Source: Ignavibacteria bacterium
GTDB lineage: Bacteria; Bacteroidota; Ignavibacteria; Kapaibacteriales; UBA2268
Assembly (NCBI GenBank): GCA_037440445.1
Contig: JBBIUA010000003.1
Location: 128,040 to 192,039, forward strand
Direction of reading: 5' to 3'
DNA: 64,000 bases
Below are positions 62,066-64,000 of this stretch, in pieces (the first letter of the stretch is position 1; each line of letters opens with the position of its first letter). Both the position numbers and the translations under genes were made by a program. Under the pieces are notes generated by a model. That model searched no databases. It was given only the letters and a program-made list of their open reading frames with translations, and was not told the DNA's origin.

Positions 62066-62147
62066 CGGTGGGTGAGGGACTCGAACCCCCACAGGCTTTC
62101 GCCCGGCGGTTTTCAAGACCGCTGCACTACCATTATGCGAACCCACC
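62066..62147 (-). tRNA. tRNA-Ser (anticodon TGA), long variable arm
   Basis: Reverse complement GGTGGGTTCGCATAATGGTAGTGCAGCGGTCTTGAAAACCGCCGGGCGAAAGCCTGTGGGGGTTCGAGTCCCTCACCCACCG. Anticodon loop CUUGAAA. 15-nt variable arm. T-loop TTCGAGT. Confidence 0.8.
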
Positions 62148-62242
62148 AATTTTAACATCTGCAAAATTAATAAATATTTGCAAATTTTTTATTATAAAGA
62201 ATCACACATCGTTCTTTTAAGACTTTGATTTTATTAAAGATT

Positions 62243-62875
62243 TTATCTTAAATCAATTACTTCTATTCCCTTGGGGATTTTGAACTCGAAGAAGCCCTTC
62301 CGATGTTTATATCCATAATCAATTTTCAAAAGTTTATAGTATTCATCGCTTCCATTCTCATTAAACTGTATCCCCTTAATCTCTAATTTCTCATCAAGAT
62401 ATACTTTAACAAACTGGTTTGTGGACTTCGACTTCAAAGTCAATACATCGCGGCTACCAAAAATGGAATTCAATTCTCTTTCGTACGAAATTGGACTAAA
62501 ATCCTTCCCCAATCTTTCGAAAAAATTCTGTAATCCTATACTCTGGTCAGTTTCAAAGTTAGAAACTACGACTTTTTTATCGAACGGAGAGTAATTCCAT
62601 ACAGTTTTACCATTCGAAGTAATTATCCTTTGGACACTATCTTTCTTTTTCAATTCCAATCTGTATTTGCCAAGAAAATCTACAAACAAAACTCCTTTTA
62701 TGGGTGAATTTACAACCTCGAAATTAATTTTAGCCGATTTAATCCCGAGAAGTCTATTTTGAAGTTTTTCGAAGACTTTATCTTTATCGAGCGAAAAGGC
62801 AAAAAAGGTGCTGATGAAATAAACTATAGATAGAAAAAAAAGTTTTATAAAATTATGTCTCATCTTACAAGTCAC
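62243..62875 (-). CDS. LolA-like outer-membrane lipoprotein carrier family protein (tentative)
   Basis: About 200 aa with signal peptide, beta-rich, and the LolA-like layout (...GKYRLELKKKDSVQRIITSNGKTVWNYSP...). Weak call. Confidence 0.35.
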   Translation of the reverse strand: MTCKMRHNFIKLFFLSIVYFISTFFAFSLDKDKVFEKLQNRLLGIKSAKINFEVVNSPIKGVLFVDFLGKYRLELKKKDSVQRIITSNGKTVWNYSPFDKKVVVSNFETDQSIGLQNFFERLGKDFSPISYERELNSIFGSRDVLTLKSKSTNQFVKVYLDEKLEIKGIQFNENGSDEYYKLLKIDYGYKHRKGFFEFKIPKGIEVIDLR

Positions 62876-63584
62876 CTAATTGAGGCCTTATAATCAATTC
62901 TTCGACCATAACACCATTGCGAAGTGAAGTTTCGATGTTGCAGAGAATTGTATCTGCAATTTCTTCGGGTTTCATCATTCGCTCGCCATATTTTTCTAAT
63001 ACACGAGGGCTCCAAATATTTGTCGATGTAGCACCTGGGTATACATTCATAATCTTTATATTTTTATCACGAATTTCTTCTCGCAAGGACTTACTCATCG
63101 CCCAAACTGCGGCTTTTGTTGCGGAATAGATGGAAGCATTGACAAATGTTTTGGTTACAACAACAGAAAGCATATTTATTATTATTCCGAAGCCCATTTT
63201 TAACATTTCTGGTAAAACCGCTTGTGTACACAAAAAGACCCCCCGAACATTTGTAGAAAAACTTTCTTCGAACTTCTCCAATGGAAAATTAATAAATGCA
63301 CCGCTATGATAACATCCTGCATTATTCACAAGGACATTAATCTTGATACCACTTGCTAGGATTTTGTCGTATACTGCCGCGATTTGTTCTGGATTTGAAA
63401 CATCACATGGAAAAAGGAACACTTTTTTATCCCTTCCAATAGTATGTAATGCTTCGATTAACTTATTTTTATTTCTGCTTGAAATTACAACAGTTGAATT
63501 GCGTTGGGCAAATGATTGAGCAAGTGCAAGGCCAATTCCACTGCTAGCACCAGTTATCCAAACATTTAAATTTTGATAATCCAT
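62865..63584 (-). CDS. SDR family short-chain dehydrogenase/reductase
   Basis: TGASSGIGLALA (TGxxxGxG), NNAG, catalytic YSATKAAVWAMSKSL (YxxxK). Confidence 0.85.
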   Translation of the reverse strand: MDYQNLNVWITGASSGIGLALAQSFAQRNSTVVISSRNKNKLIEALHTIGRDKKVFLFPCDVSNPEQIAAVYDKILASGIKINVLVNNAGCYHSGAFINFPLEKFEESFSTNVRGVFLCTQAVLPEMLKMGFGIIINMLSVVVTKTFVNASIYSATKAAVWAMSKSLREEIRDKNIKIMNVYPGATSTNIWSPRVLEKYGERMMKPEEIADTILCNIETSLRNGVMVEELIIRPQLGDL

Positions 63585-63586
63585 AA

Positions 63587-64000
63587 TTATTTCAGTTTGG
63601 TTGATAAAAATGAAATAATCTCAAGAGCATTCTTTATTTGGTTTTTATCGACCATATCTGAAAATTGTATCTCGGGCTTTTCGAAAATTTGTTTTGCTTC
63701 CTCATAGCGATGCTGCATCAAAAAAGCAGTGCCAAGAACCATCAAACGAAGACCTTCTCGGTGAGTATCTTCGCTTACGAAATTGCAGTATTCCTGAACT
63801 TTTTCGTATTCGTCTTTTTTCAGAGAAATTTGGGCTAATCTAATACGAATCATTTCTAATTGTTCAGGGTTTAATTGAACTGAATCTTTCAGGTGATCAT
63901 ATAAAACATAAGCCTTTTCGTTATTTCCAATAGAAAATTCAGTTTCTGCAAGGCCAAAAAGTGCCCAATCATCATCTGGGTTTTCAGCGATAGTTTTTTC
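63587..64000 (-). CDS. TPR-like repeat protein, N-terminus beyond window end
   Basis: The reverse frame stays open to the window edge. The C-terminal part ...FAETEFSIGNNEKAYVLYDHLKDSVQLNPEQLEMIRIRLAQISLKKDEYEKVQEYCNFVSEDTHREGLRLMVLGTAFLMQHRYEEAKQIF is TPR-like. Confidence 0.5.
   Translation of the reverse strand, partial: EKTIAENPDDDWALFGLAETEFSIGNNEKAYVLYDHLKDSVQLNPEQLEMIRIRLAQISLKKDEYEKVQEYCNFVSEDTHREGLRLMVLGTAFLMQHRYEEAKQIFEKPEIQFSDMVDKNQIKNALEIISFLSTKLK

Overview
AT-rich (roughly mid-30s % GC by eye) bacterial chromosomal segment that is almost fully coding, about 46 protein genes and 2 tRNAs. It is a mosaic of housekeeping genes interleaved with cell-envelope and secreted-protein genes. 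The housekeeping set is: hemB; the tRNA-Cys→efp→accB→accC run (one strand); metK–ahcY; gyrB; cdsA; clpC; birA-coaX; lpxH; topA; a CCA-adding enzyme. At least four large secreted proteins end in a recognisable type IX secretion (T9SS) C-terminal sorting domain. Several genes also start behind a clear Shine-Dalgarno sequence. Together this suggests an FCB-superphylum organism that uses SD sequences, for example Ignavibacteriota- or Calditrichota-like, rather than a classical Bacteroidetes. That placement is inference only. I recognised no transposase, integrase, phage gene, CRISPR array or restriction/defence gene. The features worth a second look are: (i) two tandem paralogous arylsulfotransferase-like beta-propeller T9SS cargo genes; (ii) a tightly coupled three-gene operon encoding a giant TPR protein, an outer-membrane beta-barrel and a SPOR-domain protein with a large acidic E/K-rich cytoplasmic domain (candidate envelope/division module); (iii) a membrane PP2C phosphatase with periplasmic PDZ-like repeats and a GAF domain, translationally coupled to a Cys-less alkyltransferase-like (ATL) protein; (iv) a PrkA serine kinase and its usual DUF444/YeaH partner both present but separated by topA and two envelope genes; (v) a DUF721(DciA-like)–gyrB linkage apparently interrupted by two convergent T9SS cargo genes; (vi) orphan ABC components and an orphan histidine kinase. 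All functional calls are from motif recognition by eye, and none could be checked by search.
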